Origin: Bdellovibrionales bacterium
GTDB taxonomy: Bacteria; Bdellovibrionota; Bdellovibrionia; Bdellovibrionales; UBA1609
Length of the DNA stretch: 64,000 nt
Assembly: GCA_050249195.1 (NCBI GenBank)
Contig: JBFWQY010000026.1
Location: 6,018 to 70,017, forward strand
Direction of reading: 5' to 3'
Shown: in pieces, positions 28,217 through 36,851 of the stretch
How the letters are laid out: the number at the start of each line of letters is the position of its first letter
Position numbering within the stretch: position 1 is the stretch's first letter
Position numbers and translations under genes: made by a program
Notes under the pieces: generated by a model
Told to the model about the DNA's origin: nothing
Databases searched by the model: none
Seen by the model: only the letters and a program-made list of their open reading frames with translations

Positions 28217-28802
28217 AGCGTTGACCCCAGGGGGCGCCTCGCTTGCTATCATAATTCTCGCTCGGGCGCGAGAAGTAATAGATGAAGCCCAAAGCCAAGA
28301 TTGTGAGTGTAATGTAGGCGATGAATTGCCAGAGGTTGTGCAGGATGTAGGCTCGGTAGTAAAACCAATTGCGGTACTGTTGCTCGCGCATGGCTTTGAG
28401 AAAGCTGTCTTCGATCCCTTTGCGAATGGCCCGTGAGTGAGGTTCAGGAAGGTCTTCGAAGGTCAGGGCGATCAAATGCTTACCCTGGTCGGCGAAGGGA
28501 TCCTGACCAAATAGCCAGGTACGGGGTTCATATTCTTGAATACGCACCACGCGAGCGAACCACGCGATTTGATCGCCGCCCGGGATGGGGATCTCCACTT
28601 TGATTTGTTCCCCGACTTTGAACTCCGTCCCCTGATCCGCCAAAAAAGCGGCTCCCGTTTCCGATAGGTTCAGCAAAATCGTGTGTTCAATACCGCCGGC
28701 TCCGCGGGTTTCTTGCAGGCTAAATCGCATGATATGTCGATCCTGCGGCCGCAGCACATAGCGGGGCGCTCTTGAGATAAATTTGCGAACACCTTCAGCC
28801 AT
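28206..28802 (-). CDS. PilZ-domain protein with C-terminal TM helix
   Basis: SRAPRY and NLSETG PilZ motifs; hydrophobic segment near the C-terminus; true start 28802. Confidence 0.75.
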   Translation of the reverse strand: MAEGVRKFISRAPRYVLRPQDRHIMRFSLQETRGAGGIEHTILLNLSETGAAFLADQGTEFKVGEQIKVEIPIPGGDQIAWFARVVRIQEYEPRTWLFGQDPFADQGKHLIALTFEDLPEPHSRAIRKGIEDSFLKAMREQQYRNWFYYRAYILHNLWQFIAYITLTILALGFIYYFSRPSENYDSKRGAPWGQRFKF

Positions 28803-28806
28803 GGCG

Positions 28807-29247
28807 CTAAACCGCCTTCTTGAACTTGTTCTCGACGGCCTGAACTTGCGCCGAGAGTTTCTCGTCAACCCACCCATTGCGACGGAGGGTTTCATTCGCG
28901 TTCTGAAGCCTTTCAATCAGGCCCTTGGTGAGAGCGATGAGCCAAGGCGGAACAGATTTCAATTGAGATTCGATGGAGGTTTTCGAAAAGCGAATCGCTT
29001 TGACCGGCGTGAGGGCCACCACGTTGGAGGAATTGGGTCGTCCCAGCAGAAGAGCGGTTTCTCCTACATATTGGCCTGACGAGACGAGACCAATAGTAAT
29101 CTTTTGTCCGTCGGAACTGCTGCGATAGACTTCCAATTGGCCTTCCTTGATCACGAACAGCGCTTCACAGTTGGTTTTTTCCCGCATTAAGAATTCACCT
29201 GGCTGAAGGCTGATCGTCGTGCTTTCGTTTTTGCTGTCTATTGCCAT
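28807..29247 (-). CDS. Stand-alone cyclic nucleotide-binding domain protein
   Basis: LFVIKEGQLEV, GQYVGETALL, SSNVVAL, followed by the C-helix; no HTH. Confidence 0.85.
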   Translation of the reverse strand: MAIDSKNESTTISLQPGEFLMREKTNCEALFVIKEGQLEVYRSSSDGQKITIGLVSSGQYVGETALLLGRPNSSNVVALTPVKAIRFSKTSIESQLKSVPPWLIALTKGLIERLQNANETLRRNGWVDEKLSAQVQAVENKFKKAV

Positions 29248-29268
29248 GTCCCGTCTCCACTCTCATTC

Positions 29269-29295
29269 TCTTCGGGAGATCGGGGCTTGATTTTA
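29269..29295 (-). promoter_or_regulatory. sigma28 (FliA)-like promoter
   Basis: Minus strand TAAA-15 nt-CCCGAAGA. Confidence 0.45.
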
Positions 29296-29316
29296 AGAGA
29301 TCCTGGTGAATTTGAG

Positions 29317-29688
29317 CTATTCCCGTCCGGGGGCCCGGGCTGAAGTCTGCACCGGAGCACACAGGATCGTCATTCGATGTGGAACGTAGACTCCCAACGT
29401 GACCATGCTGAGAAGAACATCAGTTGGCGCCAGGCGAAGGTCGATATGCGCGACTCGCGCGCCAGAACATAACGTATACGCCGGCGGAGGTTTGGAAACA
29501 GGGATCAAGCCCAGAAGCAGAGAATGCAGCCGGAGTTCCACCTTCGCGCCGGCAGGAGGGACCGAGGGGCGATGGACCTCCAGATGGGAGCAGGAGGTTG
29601 TAAGGAATGTGAGCATGAGCGCGGATGTGATCGTGGGGATACCAAGAAAAGCTTTGGTGGTGATTGAACGGTTACACACTGTATCCAT
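29317..29688 (-). CDS. Bor/Iss-family lipoprotein
   Basis: Lipobox-like TTSC; C...VLLSMVTLGVYVPHRMTILC matches the Bor C-terminal pattern. Confidence 0.7.
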   Translation of the reverse strand: MDTVCNRSITTKAFLGIPTITSALMLTFLTTSCSHLEVHRPSVPPAGAKVELRLHSLLLGLIPVSKPPPAYTLCSGARVAHIDLRLAPTDVLLSMVTLGVYVPHRMTILCAPVQTSARAPGRE

Positions 29689-29722
29689 GCTCCAACTTTT
29701 GCAAACGGCCGCTTATTCCTAA

Positions 29723-29777
29723 AACTCATTTCAAAACCCAAGATGCGAGGCGAGCAGATTGGGTTTTGAAATGAGTT
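29723..29777. repeat. Perfect 19-bp inverted repeat with 17-nt loop
   Basis: AACTCATTTCAAAACCCAA(29723-29741)/TTGGGTTTTGAAATGAGTT(29759-29777). Confidence 0.9.
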
Positions 29778-30086
29778 CTAATCTCCACACCAGACTTTTA
29801 CCGTGAGAGGCGAGTAGATTCCTAAGGTCAGCGTTGTAATCACTCCGTCTTCAAAGGATTTCACGTGTTGGATCGCGTGCGGCTTTTGGTCCATGCACAC
29901 CTGATCAAGGTCCACGCGGCTGTGCCCCTGAAATCCAAACCAATAATAGTCAAAGTAATCCACATACACAGGCGGCGAACTCGGTTCCCATTCCGGATTC
30001 AGCACGACCTTCGTGGACATGCACGCCGGCAACAACGCACTTCCTAGGACCAGAGCCAAGTTCAGCCGTACACCGGCTCTCTTCAT
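29778..30086 (-). CDS. Bor/Iss-family lipoprotein
   Basis: Lipobox LPAC; YYWFG, VC...SFEDGVITTLTLGIYSPLTVKVWC. Confidence 0.8.
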   Translation of the reverse strand: MKRAGVRLNLALVLGSALLPACMSTKVVLNPEWEPSSPPVYVDYFDYYWFGFQGHSRVDLDQVCMDQKPHAIQHVKSFEDGVITTLTLGIYSPLTVKVWCGD

Positions 30087-31114
30087 AGTCTCTGTCCTTT
30101 ACCTTCCAGAACTTCGTCCGGCATGTGGAACCTTCGCGCCCATGCGTGACCATCCCTACCGAGACCATCTTTGAGTGCCGCATCCGCGCCGGCTTTCATG
30201 AGCAAGGAAACAATCGGTTTGTCCTGGTTCTGAATGGCCAACATCAGCGGAGTCTGGCCCAAGTCATTCTGAGCATTGACGGGAGCTCCCGCAGCCAACA
30301 GCCAACCCACGGCCTCCTGATTGCGCTCGCGCACGGCCAGGTGAAGCGCGGTATTACCGTCACCGTCAGCCAATGCAAGCGGGACCCCCGCGTCGATGAG
30401 CCTCTTCACTAAGAAGGGCTGACGATAGGAAAGGGCCAGCATCACCAGGGATGCGCCTTCACCATCTTTTTGGTCAAGTGAGGGATTGTGGTTCATCAGG
30501 AGATCGAAAATGGCGGCGTCACCGCGAGGAATGGAGAAGTAAAGGGCGGTCCACCCGTTGGGATCTGCCGTATGAACGGAGGCCCCCGCGGCCAAGAATG
30601 CCTTGATGGTCTCCAGGTTGGCAAAACGGACCGCCATCATCAGCGGCGTGAGATCAAACGCGTCCTTTGTTTCAAGCTTTGCCCCGTGTTTCGCCAACAG
30701 GGTTACCGCGCCGGGAGAGCTGCCCAAAGCAGCGTAATGTAGAGCTGTTGAATCCTGTTCATCGCCGAGTGAGGGATCCGCGCCCGCGGCGACCAATCTC
30801 TCCACCGCAACCACCTGATTTTTACGGGCGGCCGCCATCAAGGGCGTGATCCCCAGCGAAGACGGTTCGTTGACGGAGGCGCCACCTTCAATCAAGCGCT
30901 GAAGTTCACCTAAATCGCCACGCGCAGCTGCTCGGATGAGAGCTGTTGTTCCGGATAGCTCCAGTTCTTGCGCCGTGGGCGCCGGTTGAGGGGCCGGCGA
31001 CTTTGGAAGAGAGGCGCACGCGGCCTGGAGAACAAGCCAAACAAGCGCGAGCACGAGGCTGGGCCACCTGGGTTCGGTGGGAGGGATTGAAGATGTTTGA
31101 ATTGTTTCTTTCAT
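30083..31114 (-). CDS. Ankyrin-repeat lipoprotein
   Basis: Lipobox QAAC; about 8 repeats of the G.T[AP]L..A type (GITPLMAAA, STALHYAA, GNTALHLAV, GQTPLMLAI); start 31114. Confidence 0.9.
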   Translation of the reverse strand: MKETIQTSSIPPTEPRWPSLVLALVWLVLQAACASLPKSPAPQPAPTAQELELSGTTALIRAAARGDLGELQRLIEGGASVNEPSSLGITPLMAAARKNQVVAVERLVAAGADPSLGDEQDSTALHYAALGSSPGAVTLLAKHGAKLETKDAFDLTPLMMAVRFANLETIKAFLAAGASVHTADPNGWTALYFSIPRGDAAIFDLLMNHNPSLDQKDGEGASLVMLALSYRQPFLVKRLIDAGVPLALADGDGNTALHLAVRERNQEAVGWLLAAGAPVNAQNDLGQTPLMLAIQNQDKPIVSLLMKAGADAALKDGLGRDGHAWARRFHMPDEVLEGKGQRL

Positions 31115-31281
31115 TTCACCAGCTTCAGTGTCTTCGATGTTAAACGACGTTTCGATGTTGTTGCCGTTGCTGTGTAGCTCCACGATTGTAGGTTGGGCAA
31201 GGGAATTTCGTGTCGGGTTGGGGCGTGGGGTTTTTATGGGTTGACGCCGGGACGGGGGAGACGCATGAAATGTAGGATAGA

Positions 31282-32421
31282 GTGGACAGACTGATTTATA
31301 AATCAAAGAGCGGGGCTTCGTACCCGGAGGCCGTGAAATCGCGTCACGGCTGGACGCTGATATCAGCTGGCGAAGCCCTTCGGAAACTCAAGGTTGGAGC
31401 CAGGGCCCTAGACGTGCGCAGTCCCAAGGAATTTTCCGCGGCTGCGGTTCCGGGATTTACGAATGTTCCTATTCTTGATGATGATCACCGTCACCAGGTG
31501 GGGATCGCCTATAAGGAAAAAGGACAGCGCGAGGCCATTGCTCTAGGAACCGCGCTCGTCGCGCCAATTAAGGATAGTCTGACTTCCACCTTCCGGTCGC
31601 ATCTGGCGCCGGCGCCTCCAGATCAGCGGTTGTTGATATGCTGGCGAGGGGGCTTACGCTCGCAAATCGCTTCGGAGTGGCTTGCGGACCAGGGTATCTT
31701 GGGATTACGGGTGCAGGGTGGATACAAGGCCTTGCGGCGGCTGCTGTTGGAAGATCTGGAGCGCCCTCGGCCATTTTTGGTTCTTGGCGGCCGTACCGGT
31801 GCCGGCAAGTCCGACCTTTTGCGCGCGCAGCCGCCGGACGTGATCTTGGATCTGGAGGGCTTGGCCGTGCATCGGGGAAGCGCTTTTGGCGGCTGGCCAG
31901 GGCGGCCGCAGCCCCGTCAGCAGACCTTTGAAAATGCGATTGCGTTCACTGTGTGGGAATCCTCTCATTTAAGAGTGGTGGAGGCGGAGAGCCAACGGAT
32001 CGGCGCCTGCACACTTCCTCATTCCCTACGCCAGTGTATGCTGCAGGGTGAATTGGTTATTCTTGAAGCGGACCGCGCGGACCGGGCCCGGCGCATCTTT
32101 ATGGAATATGTGTGTACACCGTTAAAGTCTCATGCACGCGAGGATGTGCGAGAGCGATTGAAGCAGTCCGTGCGCGCGATTGCTCGCGCTCTTGGCGGTG
32201 CACGCACCCAGGACCTCCTTGAGGAAATGGACCAGGCTTTTGCAGCGTCAGCGAACAGCTTCGAATGCCATGAATCCTGGATTGAAACTTTGCTGCGCGA
32301 CTACTACGATCCCCGTTATGACTATGCCCTCCAGCGCACCAACCGGCGTGTCCATTTCCGGGGCGACTATAACGCCGTCCAAGATTATCTCACGGGTCGT
32401 CTTGGTCGGGGGCGGCCATAG
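31282..32421 (+). CDS. mnmH: tRNA 2-selenouridine synthase
   Basis: Rhodanese LDVRSPKEF and CWRGGLRS, P-loop GRTGAGKS, DLEGLAVHRGSAFG, YYDPRY; start may be GTG 31333. Confidence 0.93.
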   Translation: MDRLIYKSKSGASYPEAVKSRHGWTLISAGEALRKLKVGARALDVRSPKEFSAAAVPGFTNVPILDDDHRHQVGIAYKEKGQREAIALGTALVAPIKDSLTSTFRSHLAPAPPDQRLLICWRGGLRSQIASEWLADQGILGLRVQGGYKALRRLLLEDLERPRPFLVLGGRTGAGKSDLLRAQPPDVILDLEGLAVHRGSAFGGWPGRPQPRQQTFENAIAFTVWESSHLRVVEAESQRIGACTLPHSLRQCMLQGELVILEADRADRARRIFMEYVCTPLKSHAREDVRERLKQSVRAIARALGGARTQDLLEEMDQAFAASANSFECHESWIETLLRDYYDPRYDYALQRTNRRVHFRGDYNAVQDYLTGRLGRGRP

Positions 32422-33505
32422 TCACATTCAGTTCCTAAAAAGTTGGGCGGTGGACCCCATTCCCGAGGTGGAGGTGGTGCTCGTCAGTGATACGCCGCGG
32501 ACGCCTTATTCGGGGATGCTTCCGGGGCGTCTGGCGGGCTGGTATAGCGACGAGGAGATGCATTTTCATCTGGCGCGGATCTGCGCCTCTAGTGGAATTG
32601 TTTACCTGAATGACCGGGCCCTCCGCGTGAACGACAGCGATGGTCGGGTTTATTTGGAATCGCATCCGCCGCTCGAATTTGGTATCGCTTCATTGAATGT
32701 GGGAATTACACCGCGGCTTCCGGAAGGCGCCACGGCGCATGCTCATGTGATTGCGGTCAAGCCGATCTCACGTTTGCTTGCGAAGTGGGAGGCTTTGTTG
32801 CAGCGGGCGGGCGATCAGCCGGCCCGCTGGTTGGTGGTAGGTGGTGGACCCTCCGGATTCGAACTTGCCGTGATCTTGGCCATGCGATCTCTTCAGCAGA
32901 AATGGAATCTTCAAGTCTCGTTACTGGAGGAGGGGATGGACATTCTGCCCTCCCAATCTTTCCGAGTGCGATCTCGGGCACGCGCGATTTTGGCCCACCA
33001 TGGAATTCACGTTCACACCGGATGGCGCGTGCAACGTGTGGACGGAATGAGCCTAGTGGCGACCACCGGGTCGCGTCTTGAATTCGATGAGGCTCTTTTT
33101 ACGACGGGAGCATGCGCGCCCGAGTGGTTTAAAACCTGTGGTTTTGAGCTCTCTCGCGAAGGCTTTGCGGTGGTGGATGAGTTCCTGCGTGTGCACGGAA
33201 CATCCAGGATCTTCGCCAGTGGCGACTGCGCGCACTTCGCGCCTCAGCCCCTTGCCAAATCCGGTGTGTTTGCCGTTCGCCAGGGTCCGACCTTAATAAG
33301 GAATATTCGCAGTCATATTCAGGGTAAAAACGATCGGCAACCGTATCGACCTCAGCGGCGCGCGCTGGCCTTGCTCACGTCGGGACCACGTCGTGCGCTT
33401 CTCGCTTACGGATCTTTGGCACTCGAAGGATCGTGGATCTGGAGATGGAAGAGCTGGATCGATCGTCGCTTTATGCGTCGATTTTCGCCTCCCTCTGAAG
33501 CTTAA
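32318..33505 (+). CDS. FAD/NAD-dependent oxidoreductase like the N-terminal domain of fused SelD proteins
   Basis: VVLVGGGHSH, PYSGMLPG, VVGGGPSGFELA, IFASGDC, KSGVFAVRQGP, WRWKSWIDRRFM; start uncertain (32318-32348). Confidence 0.82.
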   Translation: MTMPSSAPTGVSISGATITPSKIISRVVLVGGGHSHIQFLKSWAVDPIPEVEVVLVSDTPRTPYSGMLPGRLAGWYSDEEMHFHLARICASSGIVYLNDRALRVNDSDGRVYLESHPPLEFGIASLNVGITPRLPEGATAHAHVIAVKPISRLLAKWEALLQRAGDQPARWLVVGGGPSGFELAVILAMRSLQQKWNLQVSLLEEGMDILPSQSFRVRSRARAILAHHGIHVHTGWRVQRVDGMSLVATTGSRLEFDEALFTTGACAPEWFKTCGFELSREGFAVVDEFLRVHGTSRIFASGDCAHFAPQPLAKSGVFAVRQGPTLIRNIRSHIQGKNDRQPYRPQRRALALLTSGPRRALLAYGSLALEGSWIWRWKSWIDRRFMRRFSPPSEA

Positions 33506-33664
33506 AAGAAGCGCGCCTCACCTCCGCTCGTCGCGAAATCAGACAGTCCAAGCCTCGAATATGACATCATCCTCAATTTTAAACAATTTAAACAGTATTT
33601 ACTATTTTTATTAGGGGATGGAATATGAAGGCAGGTTTATTCAACACCTCACAAGGAGGGGGAT

Positions 33665-34186
33665 ATGGAAAGCGCATTGAAAGTCACTGTTCCGCATCGA
33701 AGTGTCGCCGAAAAGAACACTCTTGCAGCGGGGATCATTACGGGACAAGTCGCAGGATTGATAATGGCTGTGGTGGTTATGGCCGTGTTTGCCGTGGTCC
33801 TAGGAAAAAACCCGCTTCTTCCGGTACAAGTTATTGGTTCCACACTGTTCGGAGAATCCGCTCTTCAAGGATTCCATTTGGGCGCGCTCCTGACCGGCCT
33901 GGTGCTTCATCAGCTGGGGCCGTCGCTGCTATGGGGGCTTATCTTTGGCGTACTTGCAAAAAAGTTCTCGATTGCAACCCCCATGCAGGCTTTGGGTTTA
34001 GGTCTTACAATTGGAATTGTTTCGATGATCGGTCCCTACGTGCTCATTCCGACTCTGATGAATGCACTCCACGGTGTGGATTATTGGAATAGGGAAGTGC
34101 CTCTCTTGTGGGACTGGGCGGCCCACATCGTGTTTGGAATCTCGTTTGTCCTTTATCCAAAAGTGCAGGCTCAGTTTTTTGCTTAG
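33665..34186 (+). CDS. Hypothetical integral membrane protein (4-5 TM, His-containing helices)
   Basis: Strong SD AAGGAGG; hydrophobic helices with GLVLHQL and WAAHIVFG. Confidence 0.8.
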   Translation: MESALKVTVPHRSVAEKNTLAAGIITGQVAGLIMAVVVMAVFAVVLGKNPLLPVQVIGSTLFGESALQGFHLGALLTGLVLHQLGPSLLWGLIFGVLAKKFSIATPMQALGLGLTIGIVSMIGPYVLIPTLMNALHGVDYWNREVPLLWDWAAHIVFGISFVLYPKVQAQFFA

Positions 34187-34285
34187 TGTGAGTGATCATA
34201 AGTGAGATGGATTGGGCTTTGCGGGTTTTATTAGGGGGATTGTTCCTCCTGGTCTTGAGGGAGGCAAGGATGCTACCTTCAATCC

Positions 34286-36808
34286 GTGCAAACGCCACTT
34301 CCGATCGATTCTTTGATTCCCGATATCGTGGCCGTTGTCCGATCAGCGGCCAACACGGTTCTGACGGCCACGCCGGGCGCTGGCAAGACGACGCGCCTCC
34401 CACCTCATCTGCTGAGGACCGTGGCCGGACGGGTGGTGGTGCTGGAACCGCGGCGGATGGCAGCTGTATCGGCATGCCACCGCGTGTGCGAGGAGCAGGG
34501 CTGGCGCGTTGGTTCCGAGGCGGGCTACCAGGTCCGCTTTGAATCGCGGATCACATCTCAAACTCGTTTGGTATTTATGACGGAAGCGCTCCTCCTTCGA
34601 CAAATGGTGGAGAACCCGGAACTGAAGGGCGTTGATTTGATCGTGATTGACGAATTTCACGAGCGCACTTTGAATCAAGATCTAATCCTGGGGCTGGTGT
34701 GTGAGCTGCAGGAGCTTGGGCGAGAGATCAAGCTTCTGTTGATGTCGGCCACGTTGGATCTTTCCAGGCTTCAAACCTTTTTACCGAACTGCGCGGTCTT
34801 GGAGGTGCCGGGGCAGAGCCATCCGCTTGAGGTCCGGTATCTGAATCAGAACCTCCGTTTACAATGTGATTCCATCTTCTATGAGCGTATAACTGATGCG
34901 GTGATAAATGCCCACCGTTCCACCGAAGGCGATATTCTTGTTTTTCTTCCCGGTGTGGGTGAAATCAACCGGACGCGGGAGCGTCTTGAAGGAGAGCTGA
35001 GCCGTGACCTCGTTGTCTTGCATGGATCTCTCCCGTTGAGCGAACAGCAAAAGGTTCTTCAGCCGCCACGCCAATCGCGAGTCATTCTTGCAACTAATGT
35101 GGCCGAAGCCTCGGTCACGGTTCAAGGTGTGGACTTCGTGATCGATTCGGGGCTGGCCAAAGTCATGGAGACAAACCCGCGGACTGGTTTTTCGCAGCTT
35201 CAGATCGCGCGCATCTCCCAGTTCAATGCCCGCCAGCGCGCCGGGCGCGCCGCCCGTGAGAAGGCCGGCGTCTGTTTACGGCTATGGTCGGCCTTTGAGG
35301 AAGCGAGTCAGCCGATTGAGCCTGTACCGGAATGTCGGCGCGAGGACCTGAGCCAGTCGCTGCTCCTTCTCGCCCATTTCGGTGTGAGCGACTTTTCCAA
35401 GTTTTCGTGGCTGGAAGCTCCACCCGCGGCCCTCATACACTTGGCTCAGCGTTTTCTTACGGCCCTAGGGGCACTGGACTCTTCGCATCGTCTGACGGAG
35501 TTGGGACATTCCCTGTTGAAGTTTCCATTGCCACCGCGGTGGGGAGCGCTCCTGGCTTTGGGAGAGCGCCGCGGGCTTGGCGGCTTATCGGCTCGGCTGG
35601 CCGCTCTTCTTAGCGAGCGGGATATCCTGGATCTGGGACAGGGGCAGGGACAGGGACAGGCGCACCCGCACGCGATGACATCAGGGCCGGACGGGAGCGA
35701 GTGCGATTTGGCCTTGCGTCTGGAATGGCTTGAAAATCTGGAGCGCGGACGCCGGTCGGCTCACATTCGGCAAGGGGCGGCCCGCGCGGTGCTCGATGTA
35801 GCACGACAACTGGAGCGTCTGGTGGCTAAGGGAGAGACATCCGCTCGCTCGGGTGAAATCCAAAGGCTTTTGATCCATAGTCAGCGGGATCGAATTTGCC
35901 GGCGACGAGGGAACTCGGATCGGGCGTTGATGGTGGGTGGTCGTGGCATTCGACTCGGGCCCCAGTCCCAGGTGCGCAAGAGCGAATTTCTGGTAGCGCT
36001 CCAAGGCGTGGACCTTCCGGGGCAGGCCGACACGGGCATTACGCTGGCCTCTGGGTTCAGCAAAGAGTTCCTCCTTGCAGAATTGAGAGACGAAGTGATC
36101 ACACGCGAGGATATTTACTTTGATGGCGATAAAGACCAGTTGTTCGAAAGGCGCCAGCGTGTGCTGGACGATCTCCCGATTGAGGAGCCCGTATTGACTC
36201 CGGTGCCGCCGGAGAGGGCTATGGGGAACTTGGTGGACGTCGTGGTCGAGCGCTGGGCGCGTATTGTGGAAACCCATCCCGCGCTTCAGCGCTGGATGGA
36301 GCGCTGGAATTTTTTGTGTCTGCATGAACCTCGACATAGGGAATATTTGGGAGACGCGGAAATTCGTCAGGTGGCTGAAATGAGCGCCTACGGCAAAAGC
36401 CGGCTTTCTGACGTGCTTGCTCAGGATCTGGTCGCTTACATGGAATCGGTTCTCCTTCCGGAGGCTCGAAAGGTGCTACGTGAAGAAGTTCCTCCCCATT
36501 TCACGGCACCGTCCGGAATTCCGCACGCGATTCACTATGACGAGGGCCATTCGGCGTACGTTGAAGTCCGATTGCAGGAGATGTTCGGGCTGAGTCAGAC
36601 GCCGAAGATCCTCTTTGGCCGATTTCCTCTCACATTCCGTTTGCTCGGACCAAATTTTCGTCCTGTTCAGGTCACGAGCGACCTCCAGGGCTTTTGGGAG
36701 AGAGGGTATCAGGAGGTGCGAAAGGAGCTGCGGGCGCGTTATCCGAAGCATGCCTGGCCCGAGGACCCGCTCACCGCCACCCCGCAGGCGAAGGGGCGGC
36801 GGCGTTAA
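34286..36808 (+). CDS. hrpB: ATP-dependent RNA helicase HrpB
   Basis: TPGAGKTT, DEFHER, MSAT, QRAGRAAR, C-terminal GPNFRPVQVTSDL...YPKHAWPEDP. Confidence 0.95.
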   Translation: MQTPLPIDSLIPDIVAVVRSAANTVLTATPGAGKTTRLPPHLLRTVAGRVVVLEPRRMAAVSACHRVCEEQGWRVGSEAGYQVRFESRITSQTRLVFMTEALLLRQMVENPELKGVDLIVIDEFHERTLNQDLILGLVCELQELGREIKLLLMSATLDLSRLQTFLPNCAVLEVPGQSHPLEVRYLNQNLRLQCDSIFYERITDAVINAHRSTEGDILVFLPGVGEINRTRERLEGELSRDLVVLHGSLPLSEQQKVLQPPRQSRVILATNVAEASVTVQGVDFVIDSGLAKVMETNPRTGFSQLQIARISQFNARQRAGRAAREKAGVCLRLWSAFEEASQPIEPVPECRREDLSQSLLLLAHFGVSDFSKFSWLEAPPAALIHLAQRFLTALGALDSSHRLTELGHSLLKFPLPPRWGALLALGERRGLGGLSARLAALLSERDILDLGQGQGQGQAHPHAMTSGPDGSECDLALRLEWLENLERGRRSAHIRQGAARAVLDVARQLERLVAKGETSARSGEIQRLLIHSQRDRICRRRGNSDRALMVGGRGIRLGPQSQVRKSEFLVALQGVDLPGQADTGITLASGFSKEFLLAELRDEVITREDIYFDGDKDQLFERRQRVLDDLPIEEPVLTPVPPERAMGNLVDVVVERWARIVETHPALQRWMERWNFLCLHEPRHREYLGDAEIRQVAEMSAYGKSRLSDVLAQDLVAYMESVLLPEARKVLREEVPPHFTAPSGIPHAIHYDEGHSAYVEVRLQEMFGLSQTPKILFGRFPLTFRLLGPNFRPVQVTSDLQGFWERGYQEVRKELRARYPKHAWPEDPLTATPQAKGRRR

Positions 36809-36851
36809 TCCAAGTGATCAAGACAAGCGAGGTGCCATTCGCGTGTGAACG

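Noticed and set aside
33480..33620. Selenocysteine read-through or a selD remnant after the oxidoreductase
   Set aside because: The stop is TAA, not TGA, and no GCG(A/C)K SelD motif appears downstream
35634..35660. Hexamer repeat encoding GQGQGQGQ in hrpB (also KDKDKDKD in prc)
   Set aside because: Short, in-frame, imperfect repeats in linkers; no phase-variation potential
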